Position numbers and translations under genes: made by a program
Part shown: positions 11,148 to 22,884 of the stretch, piece by piece
How positions within the stretch are numbered: position 1 is the stretch's first letter
How the letters are laid out: every line of letters starts with the position of its first letter
NCBI GenBank assembly: GCA_964036045.1
Contig: OZ038379.1
Span: forward strand, 74,958,001 to 75,022,000
Direction: 5' to 3'
Source of the DNA: Eutreptiella sp. 'Long Island Sound 2002'
Taxonomy: Eukaryota; Protista; Euglenida
Length of the DNA stretch: 64,000 nucleotides
Notes under the pieces: generated by a model
Told to the model about the DNA's origin: nothing
What the model saw: only the letters and a program-made list of their open reading frames with translations
Databases searched by the model: none

Positions 11148-13246
11148 TTAGAGTCCTTCTCCTTATTTCTACTCTTTCTGGCCGTAGGTTGCGTATCGAA
11201 ATAAGCGTAGGTCGCCTAACCAAAAAAGCGTATCTCGCTGTATTTTTGACAGAAAAAAAAGCGTAACTCCTTTATTTATTTTTTTGTGCTGTAGGTCGCG
11301 TATAAAAAAAAAATAGGTCGCGTAACGAAAAAAGCGTACCTCGCTTTTTTTATCAAAAAAAAAAGCGCAACTCGCTTTTTTATAAAAAAAAAGCGTAACT
11401 GGCTTATTTATTTTTTTGCCGTAGGTCGAGTATCAAAAAAGGCGTAAGTCGCGCAACTTTTTTTTTTTAGGTGTAGGTCGCGTCACAAAAAAAGCGCAAG
11501 TCGCGTACCATACATTTTCGAGTTTCTTTTTTCCACACTCGACTTACGCCTAAAAAAAAATTAAATAAGCGACTTACGCCAAATAAAAAAAATAAGCGAC
11601 TTACGCTTGACACCGCCCCCCATGTGCGCCTCAGGCTTGCCAACCCCCACTGCTCTCGGGTTTCCCTTTTGTGTGCCAAATCCCACCCCACATGCGTTGA
11701 CAAGTGGTGGCGTCACCATTAGCAAGGCAATGGGAGCGTCAAAGAGCACAGCCAGAAGAAAAGAGATGAAGGCTGATCGAAAGCGGTGAGACAGCCTTAG
11801 GCGTGTTTTGCTAATGTCTGTGGAGAAAGGGCAGTGTCTTGTGGAGAAAGGGGCAGGAGTACAATGGTTGCTTCTCCTGAACTTGGATCACCGGACCTGG
11901 AGAAATGTGTTTCAATGTAGATGTGGGTTTCAGACCATGTATGATGGATGTGGTCTCTGCTGTTCCAAACTGCCTATAGCATTGTTGAAAACATCATGAC
12001 AATTCCATGGACACTGATGGCCGCCAGTGCGCTATTCAGGCAACTGGCCTCCCGTGCACAAATACCATTTTGTTCATTCGTGCAGTCTCGTGTGGGCTGT
12101 GGGCTGTCCATTTTGTCTATTTGAGGGCACTGCTGTACATTGATGAAAATGGACTGCATGGTATGTGGTGTGCAGCGAGCAATTGATATGTGGCTGGTAT
12201 GGTATGAAGAATGGGTCGCATTGGCACAAAACAGCTTTGCAGGAAGGCGGTTTTGGATTGACAAAAAAAAGAGTATAAATCCAGCATAATCCAGCACCCA
12301 TGGCTTCCCAGGCTTCAGACAGGCTTCAAATGTAGCACTCTGTGCATGGCTTCAGCTCTTGGGGAAAAAAGTTGTTGTCCGAGGGTATGAGTGGCACCTC
12401 TCGTGCCCATTTTGCAGATGAGATTGAGGCACCCGGACGCATTTTTTTGGGGGGACAAGAAACTGTGCTAAAACATTTGGTAACACACTCTCCAGTCCAC
12501 GAGAGTGGCAGTGGTCGTGCCAAAACCAGACCCAAAGCATTTATCATTGCAATGGCTTGAGAATTCAAATCTCCTGATTTGACGCTGCAGAATGATCCCT
12601 TGCAACTTCCATGAGTGCAATGGGCATCTTCAGGTCCAAATGCTGGAACCTGCATTCATGGATTCATGATAACCTTGCAAAAATTTTTGGTGGTATGTTG
12701 TGGTGGGGGGGGGGGGGGTTGAACCACGGTTGAGAGCTTTCAAGAATAGCGCCTGAAGCCCCCTCCATGCCCTGTTTCAGTCCGGCGGAGTTGGGTGGGA
12801 GCTCCAGCTCAATCAATTGTAAGTCCGGGAGATTCATAAGATGTCCCACACTATGTGGTACCTAAGGAAACTCGGGCTATCCAGGACTTCAACCACCCCT
12901 GCCACTAGGATGGTATCATTAGTCATGGAGGGTTCACACCTCTTGTGTGCTCGTTCAGATCCTCCTGGGTTGCAGATACTGAAAAGGGGTTCACTTAGGT
13001 TGACTTAAATGAATTTTTGACGTTGGCCCTTACAAGTTGGTGCTGGTCACCAAGATGGAAATTTCCCCATTTTTTCCCTGGTTCCCCTATACCCCCCTGT
13101 TTCCTTGGTTTTCCTGGCCTTTGCAAAAATTGAGTGACCTTTGGTGTCCAGGAACCAAAGGGATCACTTCTGCGACATCGTTTATATGCTTCATCTCTGA
13201 GGATCATGGAAGTGTCCAGAGCCTTACATGGGCCTGACAGTGTTAC

Positions 13247-13516
13247 CTGTGACACAACGTCAGAAGCTGGGAGCAGTGACTGCAGCAGCTCCAGTGTTTC
13301 AGCGAATGCAAAATCCAAATCCACGGGGAACGGCTTGTTTTTGGTCATGACGTAGCGGTAGAAGTACGGCATGAATCGCAGCAGCTTCTTACGCGCCGCC
13401 ACGCTGTCCAAGAAGTATGGCGCCGTGTGCTCCAGCAGCGCGCACGCCATGCGCACCCGGAACGTCTCATATGGTGGGTCGTTGTAGCTGGCGTAGAAAA
13501 GAATCTGGTACAGCAC
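13247..13516 (-). CDS. UPF2: UPF2 coding exon (C-terminal part of MIF4G domain 3), 90 codons
   Basis: VLYQILFY...DPPYETFRVRMACALLEHTAPYF....ARKKLLRFMPYFYRYVMTKNKPFPVDLDFAFAETLELL matches UPF2 (D.P...FRIR..C..L.TCG.YF; KLD.F..YFQRY...K...FP.D.D). Acceptor ctgcag|GTG, donor CAG|gtaaca. Length 270 nt, phase 0-0. Confidence 0.9.
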
Positions 13517-14191
13517 CTGCAGACATATTGTGGAGTGGGAGAGATTGATGATGAGATGAACAGGGCTGGAGAGGATTGGGATACGCTTCTGCAGGGGCTG
13601 AGAGCTGGATAGGATTGGAAAAAGTTGAAGCATTTCGGGTTTAGTAAGAGAACCCAAAAACATTAAAACCTGCAATAAAAAGAAACACCCATCATTCGAT
13701 GGCCATATATAAGGTATTAATTTGCAAAAATGGAACAAAAGGGGGTGCAAAGTGATCTGTTGCAATAACCATGTCAACGGATCACTGTGTCAACAGATGT
13801 ACAGAAGAGAACCTATGGCCCCGACTCATTGTGCAAAGTGTGGTTAGGGACCGCACCCTAGGTGCCTTATTGCAACGGTATCACACAGCCTCACCAACTA
13901 GCACTCCACACACACCGTAGGTGCCGCAGGGTTGGTCCCCCACCAGGGGGCTTGGACAAGATGGGAGTTGCACGCAACACAAAAAAAAAATGGCGTGCAT
14001 AAAGTAGAGGATCCACCCAAAAGTCCGTTCGATGCCTTTGATGGTGATGGTGATGATGGTTATCATGGTGAGGAGGGTGCAGTGAGGGAGATCGAATGGG
14101 AAGTTTAATTCTTCCCATAGGAACAAATGGATCACCAACTTGTTGCCCTGTAAAAACTCAATACTGGGAAACATACCCCCCTTCTCTGATG

Positions 14192-16290
14192 GTGAAAAAT
14201 GTAAGTCGTGTACGAAAAAATCGTCTAGTCGTGTAATTTTTTTTTTGCGGTAAATGCGTGTAATTTTTTTTTTGCGGTAAGCCGTGTAAATTATAAAAAA
14301 AATTGAATTATTTTTTTTTCGGTAAGGGCGCGAAATTTTTTTTTGCGGTAAATCGTGTAAATTATAAAAAAAATTGAAAAATAGAAAGAAATGCAACCTT
14401 TGCAATACATGCACAATATGTACAGCTGCCGGTTCCGTATGGCACCCCATAGCGACATTAACGATGGGACGCCGGGTCCACAAAGCACATAGTACTCTGC
14501 GCGGCCACCAATTAGTTTGGGACTTGGCCAATTTAACATAGTTTCACATGGAGTCATTGGCACTAGACACAAAATCAGGCCCAAGAAAAGAGTCATGACA
14601 GGGCCATGGCACGATTGTGTATAAAGTCTGATGTCTGATGTGGCATGTTGTTTTTGCAGTGTATACAACAAGATGTGTGATATGTCTGATATAGATCTGA
14701 TGCTTGGAGGAAAGGGGGGGGGGGGTTGGTGTCCAAATGGGTGTGCAAAAAGTTGATGCCCCCCACCCCATAGGTCCCCATAGGCCCCGATAGGTCCCCA
14801 TAGGTGCCAATGGGTCCCCAAAGGTCCCCATAGGCCCCCATAGGTCCCCATAGGGGCCGATAGGTCCCCATAGGCCCCCATAGGTGCCCATAGGCCCCAG
14901 AGGTCCCCATAGGTGCCAATGGTTCCCCAAATATCCCCATAGATGCCAATGAGTCCCCACAAGCCCCCATAGGTCCCCATAGGCCCCCATAGGTCCCCAC
15001 AGGCCCCCATAGGTCCCCATAGGCCCCCATAGGTCCCCATAGGCCCCGATAGGTCCCCATAGGCCCCCATAGGTCCCCATAGGCCCCCATAGGTCCCCAT
15101 AGGCCCCCACAGGCCCCCATAGGTCACCATAGGCCCCCACAGGCCCCCATAGGTCACCATAGGCCCCCACAGGCCCCCATAGGCCCCCATAGGCCCCCAT
15201 AGGCCCCCATAGGTCCCCATAGGCCCCCATAGGTCCCCATAGGCCCCCATAGGTCCCCATAGGCCCCATAGGTCCCCATAGGTCCACATAGGTCCCCATA
15301 GGCCCCCATAGGTTCCCATAGGCCCCCATAGGTCCCCACAGGCCCCCATAGGTCCCCACAGGCCCCCATAGGTCCCCATAGGCCCCCATAGGTCCCCACA
15401 GGCCCCCATAGGTCCCCATAGGCCCCCATAGGTCCCCATAGGCCCCGATAGGTCCCCATAGGCCCCCATAGGTCCCCATAGGCCCCCATAGGTCCCCATA
15501 GGCCCCCACAGGCCCCCATAGGTCCCCATAGGCCCCCATAGGTCACCATAGGCCCCCACAGGCCCCCATAGGCCCCCATAGGCCCCCATGGGTCCCCATA
15601 GGCCCCCATAGGTCCCCATAGGCCCCCATAGGTCCCCATAGGCCCCCATAGGTCCCCATAGGTCCACATAGGTCCCCATAGGCCCCCATAGGTCCCCATA
15701 GGCCCCCATAGGTCCCCATAGGCCCCCATAGGCCCCCACAGGTGCCCACGGCCCCCTTAGGTCCCCATAGGCCCCCACAAGTCCCCATAGGGTGCCCACG
15801 GCCCCCTTAGGTCCCCATAGGCCCCCACAAGTCCCCATAGGTCCCCATAGGCCCCCACAGGTCCCCATAGACCCCAATAGGTCCCCATAGGTCCCCATAG
15901 GCCCCCATAGGCCCCCATAGGTCCCCATAGGCCCCCATAGGTCCCCATAGGTCCCCATAGGCCCCCATAGGTCCCACACATAAAGAGGGGCCAAAGCATG
16001 CTTCACATAGGATATTTGATCATTTTGGATGGTAAGAATATTAAAAAAAATCAGTCTTGGAAATTTCCATTTTCGAGTTGCGGAGGCTGGTAAACTACAT
16101 AAGCAGGTTGTGCCCCAGACCCCTTGGGAGCCCCCCCCCCCCAACACCCAAATAGGGTGAAAAACACATAAAGAGGGGGCAAAACATGGCTTACACCACT
16201 TACCGCAAAAAAAAAATTACACGACTAGACGATTTTTTTGTTACACACATTTACCGCAAAAAAAAAACATACACGACTTACAACATACAC
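14192..16290. mobile_element. Non-autonomous foldback-type TIR element (2.1 kb)
   Basis: 8-bp direct repeat ctctgatg at 14184-14191 and 16291-16298. Termini GTGAAAAATGTAAGTCGTGTA and (reverse complement) GTGTATGTTGTAAGTCGTGTA. ~100-bp modular TIRs with tttttgcggtaa units. Confidence 0.8.
14767..15978. repeat. ~10-bp tandem satellite (ataggtcccc / ataggccccc)
   Basis: Over 100 tandem, largely alternating units. Source of the spurious 618-aa GPMGTYGDLW ORF. Confidence 0.97.
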
Positions 16291-16299
16291 CTCTGATGC

Positions 16300-17450
16300 A
16301 CCCTTGTGGCAGGGCACACCGCAAGTGCTGCAGGGGAGTACCTCCAATTTTCAGCCTTGAAATGCGTCATTTTGAGCATATTTTGAAATGTGGCAGCTTT
16401 AGGGTAGTATGTGCACAATCTGCCATCCCCCGAGCCCGTTGAAGCATACTTTGGGCCTTCGTGGACAATATGGTCACAATTTGGGTTTTCACAGTCCGAA
16501 AGCACTAGTTTTGGGTCCCAAAAGGCTCTTGAATCGTTTTGCAAAAAGACAATTTTAAACTGTTGTTGTCCCATTTTCAACACCAAAATGGGCCCTTTTC
16601 AAGGCTTTTGGGGACTGCACAAGGACACACCAACAGACGAAAAGGGGCTAGTGAACCCCCTACCCAATGCTAGTTGGACCATCCTAGAAGTCCCCATCAC
16701 TTCTGAAGAAATCACTTTTGACCCATTTTTGATCCCTTTACCCCCCCCCCATTTACCTTACCCTAGCACATGCACAGTGAGCCATTATCCAGTGCCAATA
16801 GCGTGTTGAAGCGCATTTCATGGTGCGAGACACACTTGCAAACATCATGACTCATCCTTGTTCATCACCATGAGGCCTAGAGGCAATCTGTGGCCTTCAA
16901 AGCAGTCAACAGCAGTGAAACCTTTGAAATTATGGTCATCTGGGGTTTGTTGGGTCTTTGTGGGCCATTTTGGGGAATACACACGGCCACCAAAGGTGCT
17001 AATGGGGTGAAACGGGTGATGAAAGGGGACACACAGTGTTCAACCATCCTCTAGGTTGGTTTGACTTGGCCCGGTACACTTCACCGGTCTCTTCCATGCC
17101 CAAAATGGTAAAAAAAGGCGACCTTTTGGCATTTTTGATGGGTTTTGGAACAAGCAAGAACCATGCAGTATCCGTTGCCTGCTGCCACCATTGAGTTTTT
17201 GCTCAACCTTGGTGGGAAAATACTTCATATACCAATGCATAATTGATCCAAATTTGGCAAGAAACGAGCCTGCTAGGGCTGAATTCTGGTTTTTTTGCCA
17301 TTTCATGGGTGCTGCAACAGGTGACTCCTGGTATCCCTACCCTAGAACGCGCAGAAGTGCACCACTCCTTGGTGCCCATGGGGCGTTGAAGGGTGCTAGT
17401 GGTGCACAATGGGCCCATCAGTGCACCCATTTATCATTTTTCAAGCCACA
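16300..17450. mobile_element. Second diverged copy of the dispersed family at 1040-2200
   Basis: ttaccctagcacatgcacagtgag (~16757) and ctaccctagaacgcgc...gttgaagggtgctag (~17335-17400) align to 1236-1400 and 1584-1650. Confidence 0.4.
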
Positions 17451-17489
17451 AGGGTCGCCAAGGCAATACACACTACTCAAAGGGCAAAG

Positions 17490-17810
17490 GTGAGTCAGTG
17501 TGAGTGCTGTGGTGTGTTGTGCAGTATTGTGCAGTGCTATGGAGTGTTGTGCAGTGCTATGGAGTGTTGTGAAGTGTTCTGTAGAATGCTGTGAAGGGCT
17601 GTGGAGGCTGTGGAGTGTAGTGGAGTGCTGTGGAGTGCTGTGGAGTTTTGTGGAGTGTTGTGGGGTGTTGTGGGGTGTTGTGGAGCGCTGTGGACAGTTG
17701 TGGAGTTGTGTGGAAGCGTGGAGGATTGTGCAGCGTTGTGGAAAATTGTGGAGTGTTGTGCACAATTGCGAAGCATTGTAGGGTATAGTGGAGCTGTGTC
17801 GTGCTGTGGA
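17490..17810. repeat. Degenerate pentanucleotide microsatellite (gtgYt/gtgga) starting at the UPF2 donor site
   Basis: gtgttgtgcagtgctatggagtgttgtg... pattern throughout. Confidence 0.85.
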
Positions 17811-17811
17811 C

Positions 17812-18207
17812 CTCAAAAATCAGACTGGCGTCAAACAGGCGGTAATTGTACAGTTCCCCGAAGAACTTCAGGTCCAGCAGCCGCCGTTGGGCCGGAAGAG
17901 CACTGAGCTCCCCGGGCACATCGGTCTCCATTCCGTAGCGGATGTCCTCCAACACCGAGTCCACCACTTGAACGCTGACGTGTGGGTAGTATCCGCCGAG
18001 GGAAGCAGTGATCGACGCCACCAGATGGATGCAGCTAAACTTGGTGCGCCCAGTCTTGCGCAGCACCTTCAGAACGTTTGTGGTCGTGTTGGAGTCATCC
18101 CAATCCAACTTGCGCAGCTGCTTCAGCACTCGCTTCAGCGTGTGCCGATTCAGCTCATTTTGCACCAGATGGCGCACGTACTGCTGCACTGGCGTCAGCA
18201 CCTTCTC
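17812..18207 (-). CDS. UPF2: UPF2 coding exon (N-terminal part of MIF4G domain 3), 132 codons
   Basis: EKVLTPVQQYVRHLVQNEL...KRVLKQLRKLDWDD...VVDSVLEDIRYGME...QRRLLDLKFFGELYNYRLFD matches UPF2 MIF4G-3 (VLRQMRKL.W, VVD.VLEDIR.GME, RR....KFLGELYNY). Acceptor ttcag|GAG, donor GAG|gtccac. Length 396 nt, phase 0-0. Confidence 0.93.
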
Positions 18208-18837
18208 CTGAATTGGAGCACCGTACAGGGGCAGGCGATACACACACATTACCAATGGTGGGTGCATTGTTTTGGACCCCCTCTTTTTTTGCACGGTTGG
18301 CAGGCCCCAAGGCAACGTGGGCAAAATGCGAAATTTATGCTTCACCGCGAGGTTTGCAGAAGAGCAGCCGCACTATTTACAGTGTTCCCTGTGTAAATAC
18401 TACGGCACCATAGGCTGGGCCCACTGAAATACAGGCACCCAACAAAATTGGACAATTCCTCGCACAGACAAGCACGGTGCATGGCAAAGAGCCAAACGCA
18501 ATAAAACAAAACCAGCAGAGAATTTCTGCAGGTCAAAAGGCAATGAGGGCTGCCACCTGCCCTGGCCACTCCTATGGAACCAGCTCAAAAGCTGGGCCGC
18601 ACCTGCGAACAGTAAATTAACTCCATCGAAAATTGGGCCACACGCATGAAAAGCGGAATGATGTCAATCGAAAGCTAAGCAGCACCTTTGATAAGTTGAG
18701 TGGTGTCCACCAACACTCAGGCCTTGCCCACAAACAGCTGCACACCGGGCACCCAGTGATCAAGGCAACCCATTTAGGATTATTGTACAGCTGCCAGCAC
18801 TTGAGTGAGGCCTGCCATTGCTGACTACCCTGCAGTC

Positions 18838-18968
18838 TGCATGGCACTGTCTGTGCGACGTCCAAGTCGGGTTACCATGGGGGACCCGAGCGACCACTGA
18901 GGGGCAAGGTGCCCACTGGGGTCTCCCATGGCAACCATATGTGGAGGTCCCACAAACAGGGCCATGCA
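18838..18968. repeat. Imperfect inverted repeat (~48-bp arms) in a decayed element related to 6575-6830
   Basis: 18840-18881 pairs with 18925-18966 at 33 of 42 positions, extending about 6 bp inward. Confidence 0.7.
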
Positions 18969-19569
18969 AGTCACAGGCCATCATACCATAGGTAAGAGGG
19001 AGGTACAAGGCGGGTTGCTGTTACTAGGGGGTGCGGGGGAATGCAGAGGGGAACGGGGGGGGGGGGTTGCCATTTGGCTGTACAGGGGAGAGCAGAGCGG
19101 GGAGCGTGGGGGGGGTTCACCCTGACTATCTCAAACAACCCCAAAATCGACCCTGCCATCAGGCTCTCCACTGTGGTCCTGGTTCAAAATATCCACTGCA
19201 GCATCACTGTGGCTCCCACTACCCCTTAAAGATTCTAACCTGCCAAAATTCATGGTATGATTATTCCATTTGAATAACCCGACCTTTGCCCTCTCCCCCA
19301 GCCCTCAACGTTCACCATTGACAAGCTTCTCACATGTATCACCATAAAATCGTCAAACAACACTTCCCCATTACCTATTCTACCAACATGTAGTCCACTT
19401 GGGACTGTCTTATGTGGAACCTTCTGAACAATTCCAGTGCAGAAACCCACTTCACCTCGACCAACAAACCCGCAAGTTCCCCGGAAATGAAGCAGCTGAA
19501 ACCCTTTCCTCATTGACAACCCACAACAGCAATGCACATCAATCAAATCAATTTATCCCCTTCTCAGGG

Positions 19570-19910
19570 TTCTTTAAACCAAAGGGGGGGGGGGGGGCAG
19601 GGGGCGATTTGAGGGACCCATCCACCCAGATTTTTGGCAAACCCACAGACCCACAAATGTCCCACCCCCACCTGGGGGGGGGGGGGGGGCTATTGGACAC
19701 CAACCCACCCACCCATCCACCCAACTACCACAGGCAAAATGCCTTACCACAGGCAAAATGCCTTGACCAGCGCCTTCGGCGCTGACCCACAGTCCCTCAC
19801 AATGGCCTACGCTACGGGGGGAGGGGGGGGGGGGGCGGTTGGAAACCCACCCACCCAGAAATTCTGACAACCCCCCCCACCGTGGGGTAGGACACACACT
19901 AAGAAAACCC
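19570..19910. mobile_element. Short GC-rich interspersed repeat (MITE/SINE-like, unclassified)
   Basis: Poly-G/C tracts, repeated cccacccacccaga units, tandem accacaggcaaaatgcctt, and hairpin cagcgc-cttcg-gcgctg (19768-19784). Confidence 0.35.
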
Positions 19911-21090
19911 CGCCCCTTCTCTACCACCACAATTGGCAAACTTCGTCCCTCTCACTCTGAAGCCAACCTCACCCTTATACCCACCCATTGACTGAGCTGC
20001 AAAATACACACTGCATACCCTCCCCCCACCACCATCAGCACCACCTGGTGGACCACAGCCTCTAAAAGAGACAACAGCAATGACAACTCTCTCAAATCTC
20101 CTTGGTTTATCATCGCCTGATACAAACACTTTCTTCAACAAACCCAGAAAAAGTGCCTGTCCTTGACTTAACACAGCACTCAACAATATCCAAGATTGGT
20201 TGCTTCAGAACACAATCCTCTCAACCAACACATCACACCCCATCTCCCCACACAGTCATTGGTAGGTACACCTGTCTGAATACAGTACCTCCTCCCTCAG
20301 TCCAACCGAACTTGCCAACCCAGCTTTCCATTCAACACACTAAAAGCCTCCATCGGTACTCTTTCCACCAAAATTCACTCAAACACCTGTAACATCCCCC
20401 CCCCCAAAAAGGAATTCTAGGATTACTTCATGCCAGTCCACCGTGTCCACTGCCTTTTTTTACGTGCGTTCATCTTCCATTGATTGATGGACAGTAATTG
20501 GGCATGGCATTGGTAGAGAGCCATACCCAAGGTATTCTGTCAAAAAGTGCGGGACTGTTGGGGTCAGAGCGCCCCACGTTATGGCACTTCCCATCATTTG
20601 CACCACTGTGTCCTTCGCAGGACTCGCTGGCGCTGCAACATGTCGGCGCAGCAATCTGGATATGGAACACCTCCTGAAAGGGCCCAGCACCAAAGCCCCT
20701 GAGGCCTGCCTGATGGGACAACTCTGATGCTTGCATCCGCTGTGCCCACCCTCCTTTTCCACAGTGCAAGGAAGAGGGAGTTGTGAAGGGCCCAAGAGGA
20801 TTCATGACAATGAGACCAGAGAGCACAACGGCACCCAATGAATCAGGTCTGTCCAACACTTTCACCCCAACGGCGGAGGGTCTCCTGATGCAACTGTGCA
20901 CTGCACGCCTATGCCTGCCTCTTGGGGTTTGAGCAGTGCTCATGCCTTACCACAGTTACAATACATCCGCACACCCCAGGCCCTTTCCCAGTGTGCCCCT
21001 CAGTCAATGGTCTACGAGAATGCAGCAGAACGACGGAGAGACTGCGCCATTTCTGACACACTCTCCTCCGAGGCCCTGACACAGTCACAC

Positions 21091-21420
21091 CTTCCTGAAT
21101 TGCTTATGTCGGCTTTCGTTGGGCCTTGTGCTGAAGAAAGCCCCGTCGACCAGCGTCTCATGCCGGGGGTCCAGCGTCTTAATGGAGCGCAGCCGCATCA
21201 TCTGCGACAGCAGGTTATTGGTACGTGTGTGCGACGCCGGGTTGCGGTACAGGAATTTGCCGCACGTGTCCAGCAGCGTGCAGGCCACGTCGATGTTGTG
21301 ATGTGTGAAATCGTCCAAGCACTTGGACAGGTATCGCAGAATGACCGGCTCGGGGCACACGCGAAACTTGACCAGCTCACCCATGAAGCGAATGTTGCGG
21401 ATTTTCTCTTCGATGTTGAT
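21091..21420 (-). CDS. UPF2: UPF2 coding exon (C-terminal half of MIF4G domain 2), 110 codons
   Basis: Translates INIEEKIRNIRFMGELVKFR...DFTHHNIDVACTLLDTCGKFLYRNPASHTRTNNLLSQMMRLR, matching the recognisable UPF2 MIF4G-2 motifs (QINIE..K..RFIGEL.KF; DF.HH.IE.AC.LLE.CGRFL.R.P.SH.R). Acceptor tgcag|ATC at 21421/21420, donor AAG|gtgtga at 21091/21090. Length 330 nt, phase 0-0. Confidence 0.93.
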
Positions 21421-21848
21421 CTGCATCGCAAAGAGGCGGTATGGACGGGCGGTGCAGAGGGGTGTTTGCTGCACGGATGCCAATGGCAATATCCTGCGCC
21501 TGCTGCAGCCACTGTGCCCCGGTGACCATATGTCGCTGTACCGCTCTGCCCCTTTGCTCCTGTGTCTATGTGCCCCTGTGCACCTGTGCTCATGTGCCAG
21601 GCATGTGCTTGAGTGGAGGCAAGTAGGGGCTGGGATTGGAGGGGTAGGGTGATTCTTTCAGCGTGCTCTGAAGTACCTGCAACACGGTTTTGCACCCACG
21701 GGAGGGAGGGGGATTAAATTGAGCTAAGCGAACCTTCAATAGACGTACCTGTTTGACACAGCCACCTACCAAGAGCTACTAGATTGAAACCACTCAACGG
21801 CATATAACTTCACAAAGAAGTGGAAATGAGGGAGGATACAAATTGGTT

Positions 21849-21868
21849 TGTGTGTGTGTGTGTGTGTG
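21849..21868. repeat. (TG)10 microsatellite
   Basis: Direct reading. Confidence 0.95.
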
Positions 21869-22140
21869 ACACCCAAGACAATTAAATCATGCTCAAACTG
21901 CGAGGTTCAACATACCTACGTCCTACCATCATCAGCTAAACCATGAGTTCTGAGTTCGGGTGCCTCGCTGGCAGGCCACTGTTGACTAGCACACTGATTC
22001 ACAGCTTCCTTCCCTCCGCTCCTCTTATGCAAGCACTGGCCTCCGCTCCCCCCAAACGCCCCTCAACAGGGTCAGGTGCGGAAACACGTCAATGAACAAA
22101 CCGAGCCAGGTCCCCGATTAGTCGAACAAGCGTCGGGCCC

Positions 22141-22141
<1 letters not shown>

Positions 22142-22173
<32 letters not shown>
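22142..22173. repeat. (TG)16 microsatellite
   Basis: Direct reading. Confidence 0.95.
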
Positions 22174-22176
<3 letters not shown>

Positions 22177-22884
22177 CCCAATTTCCAAAACAGGACCATA
22201 GTGTTTGCTATCATACACTACATCTTAGGAGGCCTTAATTGCCCTGGGGGTGGGGGGGGGGGGGTTTGCGAAATGAAGGCCATTCATGGGGTGAAAAAAA
22301 ATGGTGAATTACTAACCCCTAATAACCACTGAAATCATGCCCCATATTGTCCACTTGGACCCTTTTGCCTGCAATTGAGGACACTTGTAAACCATCCAAA
22401 ACAAGCATCCAAATTCAAAGAAATAGCACTGAAGGACAAATTGCATTGTCCACTGAAGGGTTTCGGTTGTGTACAGGTGACACTCTGTGAAACAGTACAC
22501 TGATGCATGGTGAAACAGACCCCCATTTTCAAGGAATTTCAATGAGACGCGAAATTTTGCCACATTTGGCAAAATGCAGTATAATGAGGCATAAAATACT
22601 GACGGTGCATTGCCTGCTTGCCACAGTACAAGATTGATACAGAATATCACAGACATACAATTCGAACCATAAGGAATTCTGTATAATCAATCAAGACACA
22701 AACATACATCACAGAAACTACCAAATGTTGCCTACAAAAGGCAATTCCATGTGCCAACACCCACAAAGGCGGACTCAGAATAACAAATCAAATAAAGTCG
22801 GACACAAATTAAAATTCAAGTCAACTGCTTAGAGGATGGTGATTCTGTAGTCACCAATGTCTCATCATAGCAGTCAACACTAAA

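Larger units (their letters stand above)
6888..11613. mobile_element. Foldback/Mutator-like TIR DNA transposon (4.7 kb, decayed)
   Basis: Direct repeat cgccccccat at 6878-6887 and 11614-11623 (10-bp TSD; a 12-bp parse is also possible). Imperfect TIRs GAGGAAAGCGTAGCTCG and (reverse complement) GTGTCAAGCGTAAGTCG, built of GCGTAAGTCGC modules separated by A/T tracts. Confidence 0.75.

Noticed and set aside
12995-13777. ORF-track starts and stops for the UPF2-containing ORFs (also 17557-18345, 21085-21489, 3956-4483)
   Set aside because: The flanking parts are intronic read-through. True exon limits were set from splice sites and homology.
14291-16147. 618-aa Gly-rich ORF (GPMGTYGDLW)n and similar ORFs at 50.7-53.1 kb; superficially collagen-like
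   Set aside because: Products of the 10-bp satellite. They are open in several frames and lack Gly-X-Y periodicity.
19920-20400. Possible RT-like peptide (LNTALNNIQDWLLQN)
   Set aside because: Too short and interrupted to support without a profile search.
3965-21420. Non-canonical (euglenid-type) introns
   Set aside because: All eight visible junctions fit GT-AG in frame, so no non-canonical boundary is needed.
21929-21935. CTGATGA hammerhead-core-like motif on the minus strand
   Set aside because: No downstream GAAA or supporting stems were found.
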